Part shown: positions 9,984 through 19,527 of the stretch, one piece after another
Numbering within the stretch: the stretch's first letter is position 1
How the letters are laid out: each line of letters starts with the position of its first letter
Origin: Candidatus Pelagibacterales bacterium
Lineage (GTDB): Bacteria > Pseudomonadota > Alphaproteobacteria > Pelagibacterales > AG-422-B15
Direction of reading: 5' to 3'
Length of the DNA: 64,000 nucleotides
Assembly (NCBI GenBank): GCA_029242795.1
Contig: JAQWTH010000017.1
Span: forward strand, 4,211-68,210
Made by a program: the position numbers and the translations under genes
Notes under the pieces: model-generated
Seen by the model: the letters and a program-made list of their open reading frames with translations, nothing else
The model's database searches: none
What the model was told of the DNA's origin: nothing

Positions 9984-11060
9984 ATGCAAAAGAAAATGTA
10001 CATACTTGGAATTGAGTCCAGTTGTGATGAAACCTCTGTAGCAATTGTTACCAGGAACAGTAGAGATAATAAGCCATTAGTTTTAGCAAATATCATCAAA
10101 AATCAAATCGACGTCCATGCATCTTTTGGAGGCGTTGTTCCTGAATTAGCTGCAAGAGCCCATTCAGATGTGATTGATCTGTTAGTCGAACAAGCTCTCA
10201 AAAAAGCGAAGATCAGATTAAAAGATATTACTGCTGTCGCAGCAACGACTGGTCCAGGACTTTTAGGTGGACTGTTAGTAGGAGTTATTGCTGCAAAAAC
10301 ATTATCATCAGTTTTAAAAATACCATTTATCTCAATTAACCACCTTGAGGGCCACGCCCTCTCAGCCCAATTAGAGCAAGATATTTCTTTTCCATACTTG
10401 TTATTGTTGGTGTCAGGAGGCCATACAGAATTTACAATTGTAAAAAAATTTAACAATTATCATAGAATTGGAACAACAGTTGATGATGCTCTTGGGGAAG
10501 CATTTGATAAAACAGCAAGACTTTTAAAACTTGGTTATCCAGGAGGTCCAAAAATAGAAAAGCTGGCTCAATCAGGTAATGAAGATGCCTACGATTTTCC
10601 AAAACCACTAATTCATGAAAATAACTCTTACTTTTCTTTTTCAGGCCTCAAGACATCTGTTGCACAACTGGTTCATAAACAAAAAAAATTAACACCTAAA
10701 ATTAAAAAAGATATTGCCGCTTCTTTTCAAAAAACTATTGGTGACATTATTAAAATCAAGACAAAGAATGCAATCAATGAATTTGTGAAAATAACTAAAC
10801 CTAAAAGTATAAATATTGTTGTGGCTGGAGGAGTCGCTGCAAATCAATATTTAAAAAAAATGTTGATTGAGATTGAGACCAATGAAACAAAAGTATTTTT
10901 TCCATCAATGCAATTTTGTACAGATAACGGTGCTATGATTGCCTATGCCGGTCTCCTACGATATGAAAAAAAAATGTATTCAAAGCTTTCTGTCAAACCA
11001 AAACCACGATGGCCACTTGATGAAAAAGCAATATTCGTAAAAGGAAAGGGAATCCGTTGA
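9984..11060 (+). CDS. tsaD: tRNA N6-adenosine threonylcarbamoyltransferase
   Basis: 358 aa; LGIESSCDET, NHLEGHALS and VAGGVAAN motifs (start could instead be Met5 at 9996). Confidence 0.95.
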   Translation: MQKKMYILGIESSCDETSVAIVTRNSRDNKPLVLANIIKNQIDVHASFGGVVPELAARAHSDVIDLLVEQALKKAKIRLKDITAVAATTGPGLLGGLLVGVIAAKTLSSVLKIPFISINHLEGHALSAQLEQDISFPYLLLLVSGGHTEFTIVKKFNNYHRIGTTVDDALGEAFDKTARLLKLGYPGGPKIEKLAQSGNEDAYDFPKPLIHENNSYFSFSGLKTSVAQLVHKQKKLTPKIKKDIAASFQKTIGDIIKIKTKNAINEFVKITKPKSINIVVAGGVAANQYLKKMLIEIETNETKVFFPSMQFCTDNGAMIAYAGLLRYEKKMYSKLSVKPKPRWPLDEKAIFVKGKGIR

Positions 11061-12058
11061 ATAAAAAAATTAAAATAGGAGTTTTAGGAGCTGGTGCGTG
11101 GGGCACTACAATTGCATTATTATTGTCAAAAAAAAATGAGGTACTGTTATGGGCTAATGAAAAAAAAGTTTCTCAAGAAATTAATTTAAAACATAAAAAT
11201 GATACTTTTTTAAAAGGGATTAAGTTAAATAAAAATATCAAAGCAACTAATCATTTGAATGATTTTACTGAAATTGATTTCTTATTTGTTGTCGTTCCCA
11301 CTCAACATATTTCTATAGCTCTTAAGAAATTAAAAGGTACGTTAAACAAGCGCTGTATGATTGTTAATGCGTCAAAAGGAATTGAAATAAGTTCGCTAAG
11401 TCTTATTAGTAAAATAATTAACAATCATTTTCCTAAAAATTCAATTTCAATTCTATCAGGACCTAATTTTGCAAAAGAAATAGCCTCTGGCAAGCCAACC
11501 GCCTCTCTGATTGCATCGAAATCAATTAGTGACTCAAAAAAGATATCAAAACTTCTGAGCTCGTCTCATTTTAGACCTTACCTATCAAATGATATTGTGG
11601 GTGCACAAATCTGTGGTGCTATGAAAAATGTCTATGCAATTGGGTGTGGAATAATTGCTGGTAAAAAATTTGGAGATAATGCCGTTGCATCAATTATTTC
11701 AAGAAGTTTTGCAGAAATAAGTCTTGTTTGTAAGAAGCTTGGTGGCAAACCAGAAACACTGATGGGATTATCAGGAATAGGAGATTTATTCCTTACTTGT
11801 TCATCAGATAAATCACGTAACTTTTCATTGGGATTAAAAATTGCAAGTGGAAAGAAAACTTCAGCTCTTTTAAAATCAAAAAATACTGTGGCTGAAGGGG
11901 CGCATACTGTAAAAGCAATACACAAACTATCAAAAAAATTAAAAATTGACTTACCGATAAATAACGAAATCTATAAAATTTTATATCTCAATAAAGACAT
12001 TGATAAATCAATAAGTGAACTATTAAATAGACCACTAACAACTGAAAAAAAATTATGA
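11057..12058 (+). CDS. gpsA: NAD(P)H-dependent glycerol-3-phosphate dehydrogenase
   Basis: 333 aa; GAGAWGT dinucleotide fold, GAMKNVYAIGCGI; apparent TTG start overlapping the tsaD stop (TTGA). Confidence 0.9.
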   Translation: MNKKIKIGVLGAGAWGTTIALLLSKKNEVLLWANEKKVSQEINLKHKNDTFLKGIKLNKNIKATNHLNDFTEIDFLFVVVPTQHISIALKKLKGTLNKRCMIVNASKGIEISSLSLISKIINNHFPKNSISILSGPNFAKEIASGKPTASLIASKSISDSKKISKLLSSSHFRPYLSNDIVGAQICGAMKNVYAIGCGIIAGKKFGDNAVASIISRSFAEISLVCKKLGGKPETLMGLSGIGDLFLTCSSDKSRNFSLGLKIASGKKTSALLKSKNTVAEGAHTVKAIHKLSKKLKIDLPINNEIYKILYLNKDIDKSISELLNRPLTTEKKL

Positions 12059-12468
12059 ACTATTGGTTGATGAAATCTGAACCAAGCACATGGTCTTGGG
12101 AACAACAAGTGAAAGCTGGTGCCAAAGGCGAAGGCTGGGATGGAGTTCGAAACTATCAAGCATCGAACAATATGAAAAAGATGGCCGTTGGTGATCTGTG
12201 TTTCTTTTATCACTCAGTTAAAGAAAGGGATATTGTGGGAATTGTTAAAGTAATAAAAACTTATCATCCGGACCCCACTGATAAATCTAAGCGTTTTGGA
12301 ATGGTTAGAGTTGCAAAATATAAGTCACTTAAAAATACAGTCAACTTGGATCAAATTAAAAGTGATGATCGTTTAAATCATTTAGCGTTAGTTAAGCAAT
12401 CACGATTATCAGTAATGCCAATTGATAAAAAGTCATGGACTATCATTTGCAAACTTGGTGGAATTTAA
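12055..12468 (+). CDS. EVE (PUA-like) domain protein
   Basis: 137 aa; N-terminus NYWLMKSEPSTWSW typical of EVE/ASCH-like PUA proteins; ATGA overlap with the gpsA stop. Confidence 0.85.
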   Translation: MNYWLMKSEPSTWSWEQQVKAGAKGEGWDGVRNYQASNNMKKMAVGDLCFFYHSVKERDIVGIVKVIKTYHPDPTDKSKRFGMVRVAKYKSLKNTVNLDQIKSDDRLNHLALVKQSRLSVMPIDKKSWTIICKLGGI

Positions 12469-12480
12469 TAAGATATTTTT

Positions 12481-14421
12481 ATGAGTGACAATGAACTATT
12501 TAAAGTAAGTGATGAATGGTCTAGTAGCTCTCTAGTAGACTCTCAAAAATATATCGATTGGTATCAAAATTCGTTTGATAACAATGAAGAGTTTTGGAAC
12601 GAGCATGGAAAAAGAATTAATTGGATTAAGCCATATTCCAAAGTAAAAAATGTTAATTACCATAAAAATAATTTCTGTATTAAATGGTATGAAGACGGCT
12701 CACTGAATGCATCATCAAATTGTATTGATCGACATTTAGAAGAAAGAGCTGACCAAGTTGCCATTATCTGGGAAGGTGATGATCCCAATGATTCAAAATT
12801 GATTACATATAAAGAACTTCACGAACAAGTTTGTAAATTCTCAAATGGATTAAAGTCTCTTGGAGCTAAAAAAGGTGATCGCATTACGATCTATATGCCT
12901 ATGATCCCCGAAGCAGCTTATGCCATGCTAGCGTGTACAAGAATAGGTGCTATTCATTCAGTTGTATTTGGAGGATTTTCACCTGATGCGTTAGCTGGAC
13001 GAATAAGTGATTGTGAGTCAGACATTATCATTACTGCGGACGAAGGCGTTCGAGGAAATAAAAGTATTCCATTAAAAGCAAATACAGATGCAGCAATTGA
13101 TATTGCTCAAGGGGTTCGTCATTGCATTGTCGTCAAGCGAACAGGTGGGGGCATTAATTGGGTTGAAGGTCGAGATGTTTGGTACGAAGATTTAATCAAT
13201 TCTTCATCAGCTGACTGTGATGCAGAAGAAATGAATGCCGAAGATCCAATGTTCATTTTATATACGTCAGGATCCACAGGAAAACCAAAAGGTGTCATGC
13301 ACACAACTGGTGGCTATATGGTTTATGCATCAATGACACATCAATATGTGTTTGATTATAAAGATGGTGATGTTTATTGGTGTACTGCTGATGTTGGCTG
13401 GGTAACCGGACATAGTTACATCGTATATGGCCCTCTTGCAAATGGAGCAACCACACTCATGTTTGAGGGTGTTCCAAATTATCCAGACGCTTCACGTTTT
13501 TGGCAAGTGGTTGATAAACACAAAGTCAATATATTCTACACTGCACCAACAGCACTACGTGCCTTAATGAGAGAAGGCGAAGGTCCAGTTAAAAAAACCA
13601 ATCGATCAAGTTTAAAATTATTAGGATCAGTTGGTGAACCGATCAATCCTGAAGCTTGGATCTGGTATCATAAAGTTGTAGGAGACGAACGATGTCCCAT
13701 TGTTGATACATGGTGGCAAACAGAAACAGGTGGGATTTTAATCTCTCCTTTGCCTGGTGCTATTGATCAAAAACCAGGCTCAGCTACGAAACCATTTTTT
13801 GGGGTAAAGCCTGAAATACTTGATGCTGAAGGCAATATTCTTGAAGGTGCTTGTGAAGGCTCATTGTGCCTTGCAGACTCATGGCCTGGTCAGATGAGAA
13901 CAGTTTATGGTGACCATGATAGATTTATTGAAACATACTTTTCACAATTTGAAGGAAAGTATTTTACTGGCGATGGATGCAAAAGAGATGAAGATGGTTA
14001 CTACTGGATCACAGGAAGAGTTGATGATGTGATCAATGTATCAGGACATCGAATGGGTACAGCAGAAGTAGAGTCTGCCCTAGTTGCACATCCAAAAGTT
14101 AGTGAGGCTGCAGTAGTAGGTTATCCTCATGATATTAAAGGACAAGGAATTTACGCCTATGTGACACTTAATGCTGGAGAAGAATCTAATGAAGAACTTT
14201 ATAAAGAACTTATTGCATGGGTTCGAAAAGAAATTGGACCTATTGCATCACCAGATTTAATTCAGTGGGCGCCAGGATTACCAAAAACACGATCTGGAAA
14301 AATCATGAGACGAATTTTAAGAAAGATTGCAGAAAATGAGTATAGCAATCTTGGAGATACATCCACATTGGCTGAACCAGCTGTAGTCGATAATCTCATC
14401 GACAATCGAATGAACAAATAA
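12481..14421 (+). CDS. acs: Acetyl-CoA synthetase
   Basis: 646 aa; AMP-binding [20 protein letters not shown]-terminal [11 protein letters not shown]. Confidence 0.97.
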   Translation: MSDNELFKVSDEWSSSSLVDSQKYIDWYQNSFDNNEEFWNEHGKRINWIKPYSKVKNVNYHKNNFCIKWYEDGSLNASSNCIDRHLEERADQVAIIWEGDDPNDSKLITYKELHEQVCKFSNGLKSLGAKKGDRITIYMPMIPEAAYAMLACTRIGAIHSVVFGGFSPDALAGRISDCESDIIITADEGVRGNKSIPLKANTDAAIDIAQGVRHCIVVKRTGGGINWVEGRDVWYEDLINSSSADCDAEEMNAEDPMFILYTSGSTGKPKGVMHTTGGYMVYASMTHQYVFDYKDGDVYWCTADVGWVTGHSYIVYGPLANGATTLMFEGVPNYPDASRFWQVVDKHKVNIFYTAPTALRALMREGEGPVKKTNRSSLKLLGSVGEPINPEAWIWYHKVVGDERCPIVDTWWQTETGGILISPLPGAIDQKPGSATKPFFGVKPEILDAEGNILEGACEGSLCLADSWPGQMRTVYGDHDRFIETYFSQFEGKYFTGDGCKRDEDGYYWITGRVDDVINVSGHRMGTAEVESALVAHPKVSEAAVVGYPHDIKGQGIYAYVTLNAGEESNEELYKELIAWVRKEIGPIASPDLIQWAPGLPKTRSGKIMRRILRKIAENEYSNLGDTSTLAEPAVVDNLIDNRMNK

Positions 14422-14431
14422 TTAAAAACTA

Positions 14432-14839
14432 ATGAGTATTATTAAATCTTTAATTGAATATCACAACATGAAACCTCACCCTGAAGGTGGTCATTATGTA
14501 GAGGTTTTTAAAAATAAAGATGTCAGTCATATTTATTTTTTATTAGAAGAGCATGAACACTCACACTGGCATAGAATCACAAAAACTGAAACGTTGCATT
14601 TTTACTCTGGTAGTCCACTTAATATATACACCTCAAAGGATGGTGTTGAATATCAAATTGACGAAATAGGATCTAAAAATAAATTTATGCTCACTGTCGA
14701 AAAGGGGACTTGGTTTGCACTAAAGTCAACAGGTTCTTATAGTTTAATTGGATGTACAGTTGCTCCTGCTTTTGAATTCAGTGATTTAGAAATTGCATCT
14801 AAGGATTGGAAACCATCAAAATTTGATCGTGAACTCTAA
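14432..14839 (+). CDS. Cupin-fold protein, DUF985 family
   Basis: 135 aa; L..PHPEGGHYVE motif characteristic of DUF985 cupins. Confidence 0.8.
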   Translation: MSIIKSLIEYHNMKPHPEGGHYVEVFKNKDVSHIYFLLEEHEHSHWHRITKTETLHFYSGSPLNIYTSKDGVEYQIDEIGSKNKFMLTVEKGTWFALKSTGSYSLIGCTVAPAFEFSDLEIASKDWKPSKFDREL

Positions 14840-14844
14840 TACTA

Positions 14845-14871
14845 CAATTGATTACAAATCAGTTGATTTTT
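14845..14871 (+). terminator. Weak AT-rich hairpin + T-run after the cupin gene
   Basis: CAATTGATT-ACA-AATCAGTTG (one mismatch) followed by ATTTTT; overlaps the 3' end of the convergent small ORF. Confidence 0.35.
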
Positions 14872-15019
14872 AAAAATCTGAAGTAATACCTTTTTTTTCC
14901 CAATCACCATATCGAGTTGGCTCAGGACCTTCTTGACCACCAATTTCTTTTTTTGGTTTTTCAGTTTTTTCTTTGTGGAGGACTTTATTTTTTTTATTAT
15001 CTTTATCTTCAGAGCTCAT
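14870..15019 (-). CDS. DUF1674 / SDHAF4-like small protein (49 aa, absent from the ORF track)
   Basis: My translation: MSSEDKDNKKNKVLHKEKTEKPKKEIGGQEGPEPTRYGDWEKKGITSDF. The C-terminal GPEPTRYGDWE.KG...DF is the DUF1674 signature. It starts 4 nt after the pseudoazurin stop. Confidence 0.8.
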   Translation of the reverse strand: MSSEDKDNKKNKVLHKEKTEKPKKEIGGQEGPEPTRYGDWEKKGITSDF

Positions 15020-15023
15020 TGTT

Positions 15024-15458
15024 TTATTTTAACTGCTCAATTAATTCTTTAGCAACTGCTTTTGCTTTCCCTGGATATTTTATTTTCTCTATCGCTTCTA
15101 AGTTTGAAGTATCATCTCCAACCACAACAAAGCCAATCATTCCTAAACCGTAATGAGGAGTACAGTTATATGCATAAACTCCAGGAACAGTGAAGGTAAA
15201 CGTTGCATCTTTACCGATTTTAGATTTAAACTTTCCAACGCCGTCTGGTACGCCCTTTTTAGTAAAAGCTATATTGTGTCCTGGATTTACAGATGTCCAA
15301 TTTACAGTATCTCCTACTGCAACTCTTACAATTGGGGGATTGAAGACATTAATTTGTCCTTCATGCTTGTTCAGCATCTCAACTTCGAATGTTTCAGCAA
15401 ACAATGAAGAAATAGATAAAATTACAAAAATAAAAATATGAACAAAGTATTTCGTCAT
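15024..15458 (-). CDS. Pseudoazurin-type blue copper protein (cupredoxin)
   Basis: 144 aa; signal peptide; type-1 Cu ligands in NPGHN ... YNCTPHYGLGM (His, Cys, His, Met). Confidence 0.85.
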   Translation of the reverse strand: MTKYFVHIFIFVILSISSLFAETFEVEMLNKHEGQINVFNPPIVRVAVGDTVNWTSVNPGHNIAFTKKGVPDGVGKFKSKIGKDATFTFTVPGVYAYNCTPHYGLGMIGFVVVGDDTSNLEAIEKIKYPGKAKAVAKELIEQLK

Positions 15459-15502
15459 ACATTTGATATAATGACATTAATATAATTATCAAATCAATTT
15501 TT

Positions 15503-16765
15503 ATGGAAAACAGAAAAGACCTTATTGCACTTATTAATAAGTTTTTTGATAGGAAAACAGTCAATATTGATGATCTTATTGACGACTATTACTCACAAAA
15601 TGAGACTAATCTTAAGCGTTCAGAATGCATCTTAGTTGTGAATTCATTCCTGAGATATGCTCATGAATTTGATCATGTCATTGATAAATGTACAAACAAA
15701 AAAATTTCTAAGAATAATCTTATAATTAGAAATATTTTAAGAATGGCACTGGTTGAACTTTATATTTTACAACGACCAAGCTATGCAGTTATTGACAGTT
15801 GGGTTGAAATTTCTAAACAAAAAAAAAGAACAAAACCATTTTCATCATTTGTAAATGCGGTTCTAAGAAAAATTATAAGTGAAAAAAGCAAAATTAACAT
15901 ATCAACTCAGCAAAAAATTCCTCAATGGTTGTGGATGTCATGGAAACAAGATTATGGAGTTGAAGTTGCAAATAAAATTACAGAAGCATCTTTGACTGAA
16001 CCGCCATTGGATATTTATTGTCATAAAAAAACTAATCTTGATAACCAATTTATAGAAATAGAAAAAAATATTTTTAGAAAATCTAAAGCAGGATTTGTTG
16101 AAGACATAGAAGGGTTTAAAAAAGGTCAATGGTGGGTTCAGGACATAAGTGCATCAATTCCTGCAAAACTATTTTCAAATATCAAAAGTCAAAAAGTTCT
16201 TGATTTATGTTCTGCTCCTGGTGGTAAAGCAATGCAAATGATATCTATGGGAGCAAAGGTAACATGTGTTGACTCTTCAAAGCAAAGAGTTCAATTAATG
16301 AAAAATAATTTCACTAGACTGAAGTTTAATCCAGAAATCATAAATAAAGATATTTTGGATTGGACGAGTACAAAAACTTTTAAATACATTCTTCTTGATG
16401 CTCCTTGCTCAGCAACAGGCACGATAAGAAAGCATCCCGATCTTATATTTTTGAGGAATAAAAATGAATTAGGTAAATATATTAAAACGCAACAAGCTCT
16501 TTTAGAAAAAGCATTAAGCTTGTTATCCACTCAGGGTCAGTTGATCTATTGTGTTTGCTCAGTTCAAAAAAATGAAGGACTTAAACAAATAGAGCGTATT
16601 TTAAAAAAATTTAAAAATATTAAAAGAGAGCCTATTAAAAAATCTGAATTCTCTCAATTTGAAAAATACATCACTAAAGATGGCGATATACAGACATTTC
16701 CTTATATGAAAAAACCGGGAGGAATGGATGGATTTTTTATTTCGAGACTGTATAAAGAGTATTAA
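15503..16765 (+). CDS. rsmB: 16S rRNA (cytosine-C5) methyltransferase, RsmB/Sun family
   Basis: 420 aa; SAM motif LDLCSAPGGKA and catalytic DAPCSATGTIRKHPD. Confidence 0.85.
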   Translation: MENRKDLIALINKFFDRKTVNIDDLIDDYYSQNETNLKRSECILVVNSFLRYAHEFDHVIDKCTNKKISKNNLIIRNILRMALVELYILQRPSYAVIDSWVEISKQKKRTKPFSSFVNAVLRKIISEKSKINISTQQKIPQWLWMSWKQDYGVEVANKITEASLTEPPLDIYCHKKTNLDNQFIEIEKNIFRKSKAGFVEDIEGFKKGQWWVQDISASIPAKLFSNIKSQKVLDLCSAPGGKAMQMISMGAKVTCVDSSKQRVQLMKNNFTRLKFNPEIINKDILDWTSTKTFKYILLDAPCSATGTIRKHPDLIFLRNKNELGKYIKTQQALLEKALSLLSTQGQLIYCVCSVQKNEGLKQIERILKKFKNIKREPIKKSEFSQFEKYITKDGDIQTFPYMKKPGGMDGFFISRLYKEY

Positions 16766-16799
16766 ATTAAAAAGCTTTTTGATATAAAGATAGTCATTA

Positions 16800-17462
16800 A
16801 TGTCTAATAAAATCAAAGTTTCTCCATCAATTTTAGCATCCAACTTTTCTATATTGGGTGAAGAAGTTGAACACATATCAAATGCAGGTGCAGATTATAT
16901 TCATGTCGATGTCATGGACGGTCACTTTGTTCCAAATCTGACAATTGGTCCTGATGTTGTTAAATCCATAAGAGACAAAACTGCTGTACCTTTTGATGTT
17001 CACTTAATGATTGATCCAATCGAGCCTTACATTGATGGTTTTGTAAACGCTGGGGCAGATATTATTTCAATTCATCCTGAAGCCAATGACGATACTGAAA
17101 AATGTCTGAATAAAATAAAGTCGCACAATGTCAAAGCAGGATTAGCAATTAATCCTGATACAGATTGGGAAGTTGTTAAACCATACATGAATATTTTAGA
17201 TCTAATACTTGTAATGAGTGTTCATCCAGGATTCGGTGGTCAGAAATTTATAAGTTCAGCAATTGATAAATTAAAATTCTTAAGAAAAGAAATTGATCAA
17301 TCTGGAAGGGAAATTGAATTGGAAGTTGATGGTGGTATTAATTTTGAAAATATACAGTCTGTGATTGACGCAGGAGCAAATGTAATTGTCGCTGGGACAA
17401 CAACGTTTAAAGGTGGACAATCAGAATATAGAAATAATATCGAAAAATTACGAGGTCATTAA
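16800..17462 (+). CDS. rpe: Ribulose-phosphate 3-epimerase
   Basis: 220 aa; PSILASNF, HVDVMDGHFVPN, MSVHPGFGGQKF. Confidence 0.95.
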   Translation: MSNKIKVSPSILASNFSILGEEVEHISNAGADYIHVDVMDGHFVPNLTIGPDVVKSIRDKTAVPFDVHLMIDPIEPYIDGFVNAGADIISIHPEANDDTEKCLNKIKSHNVKAGLAINPDTDWEVVKPYMNILDLILVMSVHPGFGGQKFISSAIDKLKFLRKEIDQSGREIELEVDGGINFENIQSVIDAGANVIVAGTTTFKGGQSEYRNNIEKLRGH

Positions 17463-17465
17463 AAT

Positions 17466-19028
17466 TTGAAAATTAAAATTAAATCTGCACTTGTTTCAGT
17501 TTCAAACAAAGCAGGGCTCGAAGAGCTTGTGTCCTGTTTAACAAAACACAACATTAATATCATATCAACAGGCGGCACTGCAAAATTCATTAAAGATTTG
17601 GGTGTCGACGTGACTGATGTTTCATCACTAACAAATTTTCCCGAAATGATGGATGGGCGAGTAAAGACACTTCATCCAAACATTCACGGAGGATTACTTG
17701 CGAAAAGGGATGATGAAAATCACAAAAGTGATCAGCAAGATCATCAAATAGAAGATATTGATTTGGCAGTTATCAACTTATATCCTTTTGAGGAAACTAT
17801 AGATCGCGATGCAGATGAAGAAGAATGCATTGAAAATATCGATATTGGTGGTCCCGCCATGCTTCGATCGGCTGCAAAAAATCACAAGTTTGTAACTGTT
17901 ATCAGTGATGTAAATGATTACAACAAACTCATTATTGAACTTGATAATTATCAAGGCTGTACATCATATGAGTTTAGAAAAGAATTAGCAGCTAGAACAT
18001 TTGCTCTGACCGCATACTACGATACTCTGGTAAGTGATTGGTTTTTAGATAATAATGAAATAAGAGATAATTTTTTATTGCCAAATAAATTAGTAAGTAA
18101 GCTTAGGTATGGTGAAAACCCTCATCAAGAAGGAGCACTTTATCAATCCCCAATTCAAAAATCTGGTATTCCTCATGCTGAGCTTATTCAAGGAAAAGAA
18201 TTAAGTTACAACAACATTAACGATGCCGATGCTGCGCTTCAGTTAATTAAAGAGTTTAGTTCAAATGAACCAACTGTTGGTATCATAAAGCACGCAAATC
18301 CATGCGGTGTTGCAAGTGGAAATAGTTTATTAGATGCTTATGAAAAAGCACTCTCTTGTGATCCAAAAAGTGCGTTTGGTGGGATCATTGCTTTAAATCA
18401 GAAGATAGACGAGGACACTGCCAAAAAAATAATTGAGATCTTCACTGAAGTTATCATTGCACCAGAAATCTCTGAAGAGGCTAAAAATATTTTTGAAAAT
18501 AAAAATAATTTAAGAGTCTTAATTTTAAATGAAATGAATTCAAAGAATATTAATAATGATTTTAAAAGTATTGAGGGTGGTCTTATGATGCAATCAAGCG
18601 ACAATAAGATTACAAATGAAAATGATTTAAATTTTGTGACTCAAATTAAGCCTACAAGAGATCAGATATCAGATCTACTTTTTGCTTTTAAAGTGTGCAA
18701 ACACGTTAAGTCAAATGCAATCATTTATGTCAAAAATAAAAAAACAATTGGTATTGGTGCTGGGCAAATGAGTCGGATTGACAGTGCTAAAATTGCAACT
18801 CAAAAAAATGGCGAGATGGAAAACAATGAATCTAATTCACTTGAAGGTTCAGTCGTTGCATCTGATGCATTTTTTCCATTTCCTGACGGTCTTTTAGTCA
18901 CAGTAGCATCAGGAGCTAAAGCTGTTATTCAGCCTGGAGGATCGATGAAGGATGATGAAGTAATAAAAGCTGCTGATGACTCAAAGATTGCAATGGCTTT
19001 TTCTGGTGTACGTCATTTTAAACATTAG
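17466..19028 (+). CDS. purH: Bifunctional AICAR transformylase / IMP cyclohydrolase
   Basis: 520 aa; ALVSVSNK, STGGTAKF, RYGENPHQ, C-terminal GVRHFKH; apparent TTG start. Confidence 0.95.
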   Translation: MKIKIKSALVSVSNKAGLEELVSCLTKHNINIISTGGTAKFIKDLGVDVTDVSSLTNFPEMMDGRVKTLHPNIHGGLLAKRDDENHKSDQQDHQIEDIDLAVINLYPFEETIDRDADEEECIENIDIGGPAMLRSAAKNHKFVTVISDVNDYNKLIIELDNYQGCTSYEFRKELAARTFALTAYYDTLVSDWFLDNNEIRDNFLLPNKLVSKLRYGENPHQEGALYQSPIQKSGIPHAELIQGKELSYNNINDADAALQLIKEFSSNEPTVGIIKHANPCGVASGNSLLDAYEKALSCDPKSAFGGIIALNQKIDEDTAKKIIEIFTEVIIAPEISEEAKNIFENKNNLRVLILNEMNSKNINNDFKSIEGGLMMQSSDNKITNENDLNFVTQIKPTRDQISDLLFAFKVCKHVKSNAIIYVKNKKTIGIGAGQMSRIDSAKIATQKNGEMENNESNSLEGSVVASDAFFPFPDGLLVTVASGAKAVIQPGGSMKDDEVIKAADDSKIAMAFSGVRHFKH

Positions 19029-19527
19029 ATTTACTAGATAATTTTTTTTTAAAGATACCAAATACTAATATCAAAATCATTAGCGCAACAAATAACCACT
19101 TCAAAGAAGTTGTCAAACTCGCAATTACAACTTGTGACTCATCTAATGTTGAATAATTTAAATTCATAATTACCGATTGGATATTTTCTGACAAATCAAA
19201 GATTCCAGTTAAAATGGGAATAAACAGAATATAGCCATTTTTAGAAAACAGTTTTACATAAGCACCAAGTATGAGTGAAACATATAAAATAGGATAAATC
19301 GTATCTAAAATAAGAGTTGAATAAATATTTATTACTCGGCCCTCCTCACCCATAGCATTAAATGAATCATAAACATCTTGAATGCCATAGCTCAACTTAA
19401 GGTCAATCATATTTACAAAAATACTGTGTGGGAGAAGTATAAAAATTAAGCCACAAATATTAAGTAATATGAAAATAACAATTTGAGATTTTTTTAATGA
19501 AATAAGATTTAAATAATTATTAATCAT
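19018..19527 (-). CDS. Hypothetical integral membrane protein (about 4 TM)
   Basis: Track ORF trimmed to Met12 (MINNYLNL...), whose ATG overlaps the MFS stop by 8 nt (AATGATTAA). Hydrophobic segments; no family recognised. Confidence 0.5.
   Translation of the reverse strand: MINNYLNLISLKKSQIVIFILLNICGLIFILLPHSIFVNMIDLKLSYGIQDVYDSFNAMGEEGRVINIYSTLILDTIYPILYVSLILGAYVKLFSKNGYILFIPILTGIFDLSENIQSVIMNLNYSTLDESQVVIASLTTSLKWLFVALMILILVFGIFKKKLSSKSNV

Noticed and set aside
11971-12213. 80-aa minus-strand ORF across the gpsA/EVE junction
   Set aside because: It is antisense to two overlapping, well-supported plus-strand genes.
14917-15153. 78-aa plus-strand ORF spanning the cupin/pseudoazurin gap
   Set aside because: It overlaps, on the opposite strand, both the DUF1674 ORF with its diagnostic C-terminal motif and the 3' end of pseudoazurin. 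Its translation is F/L/Y-rich shadow sequence.
15153-15441. Two plus-strand ORFs (84 and 83 aa) opposite pseudoazurin
   Set aside because: They are antisense to a gene with a complete type-1 copper ligand set, and there is no independent support.
16523-16531. Isolated one-mismatch DnaA-box-like 9-mers inside coding regions (TTATCCACT here; TGTGGATAC at 30044-30052)
   Set aside because: Single near-matches are expected by chance in 64 kb of AT-rich DNA, and they are not clustered.
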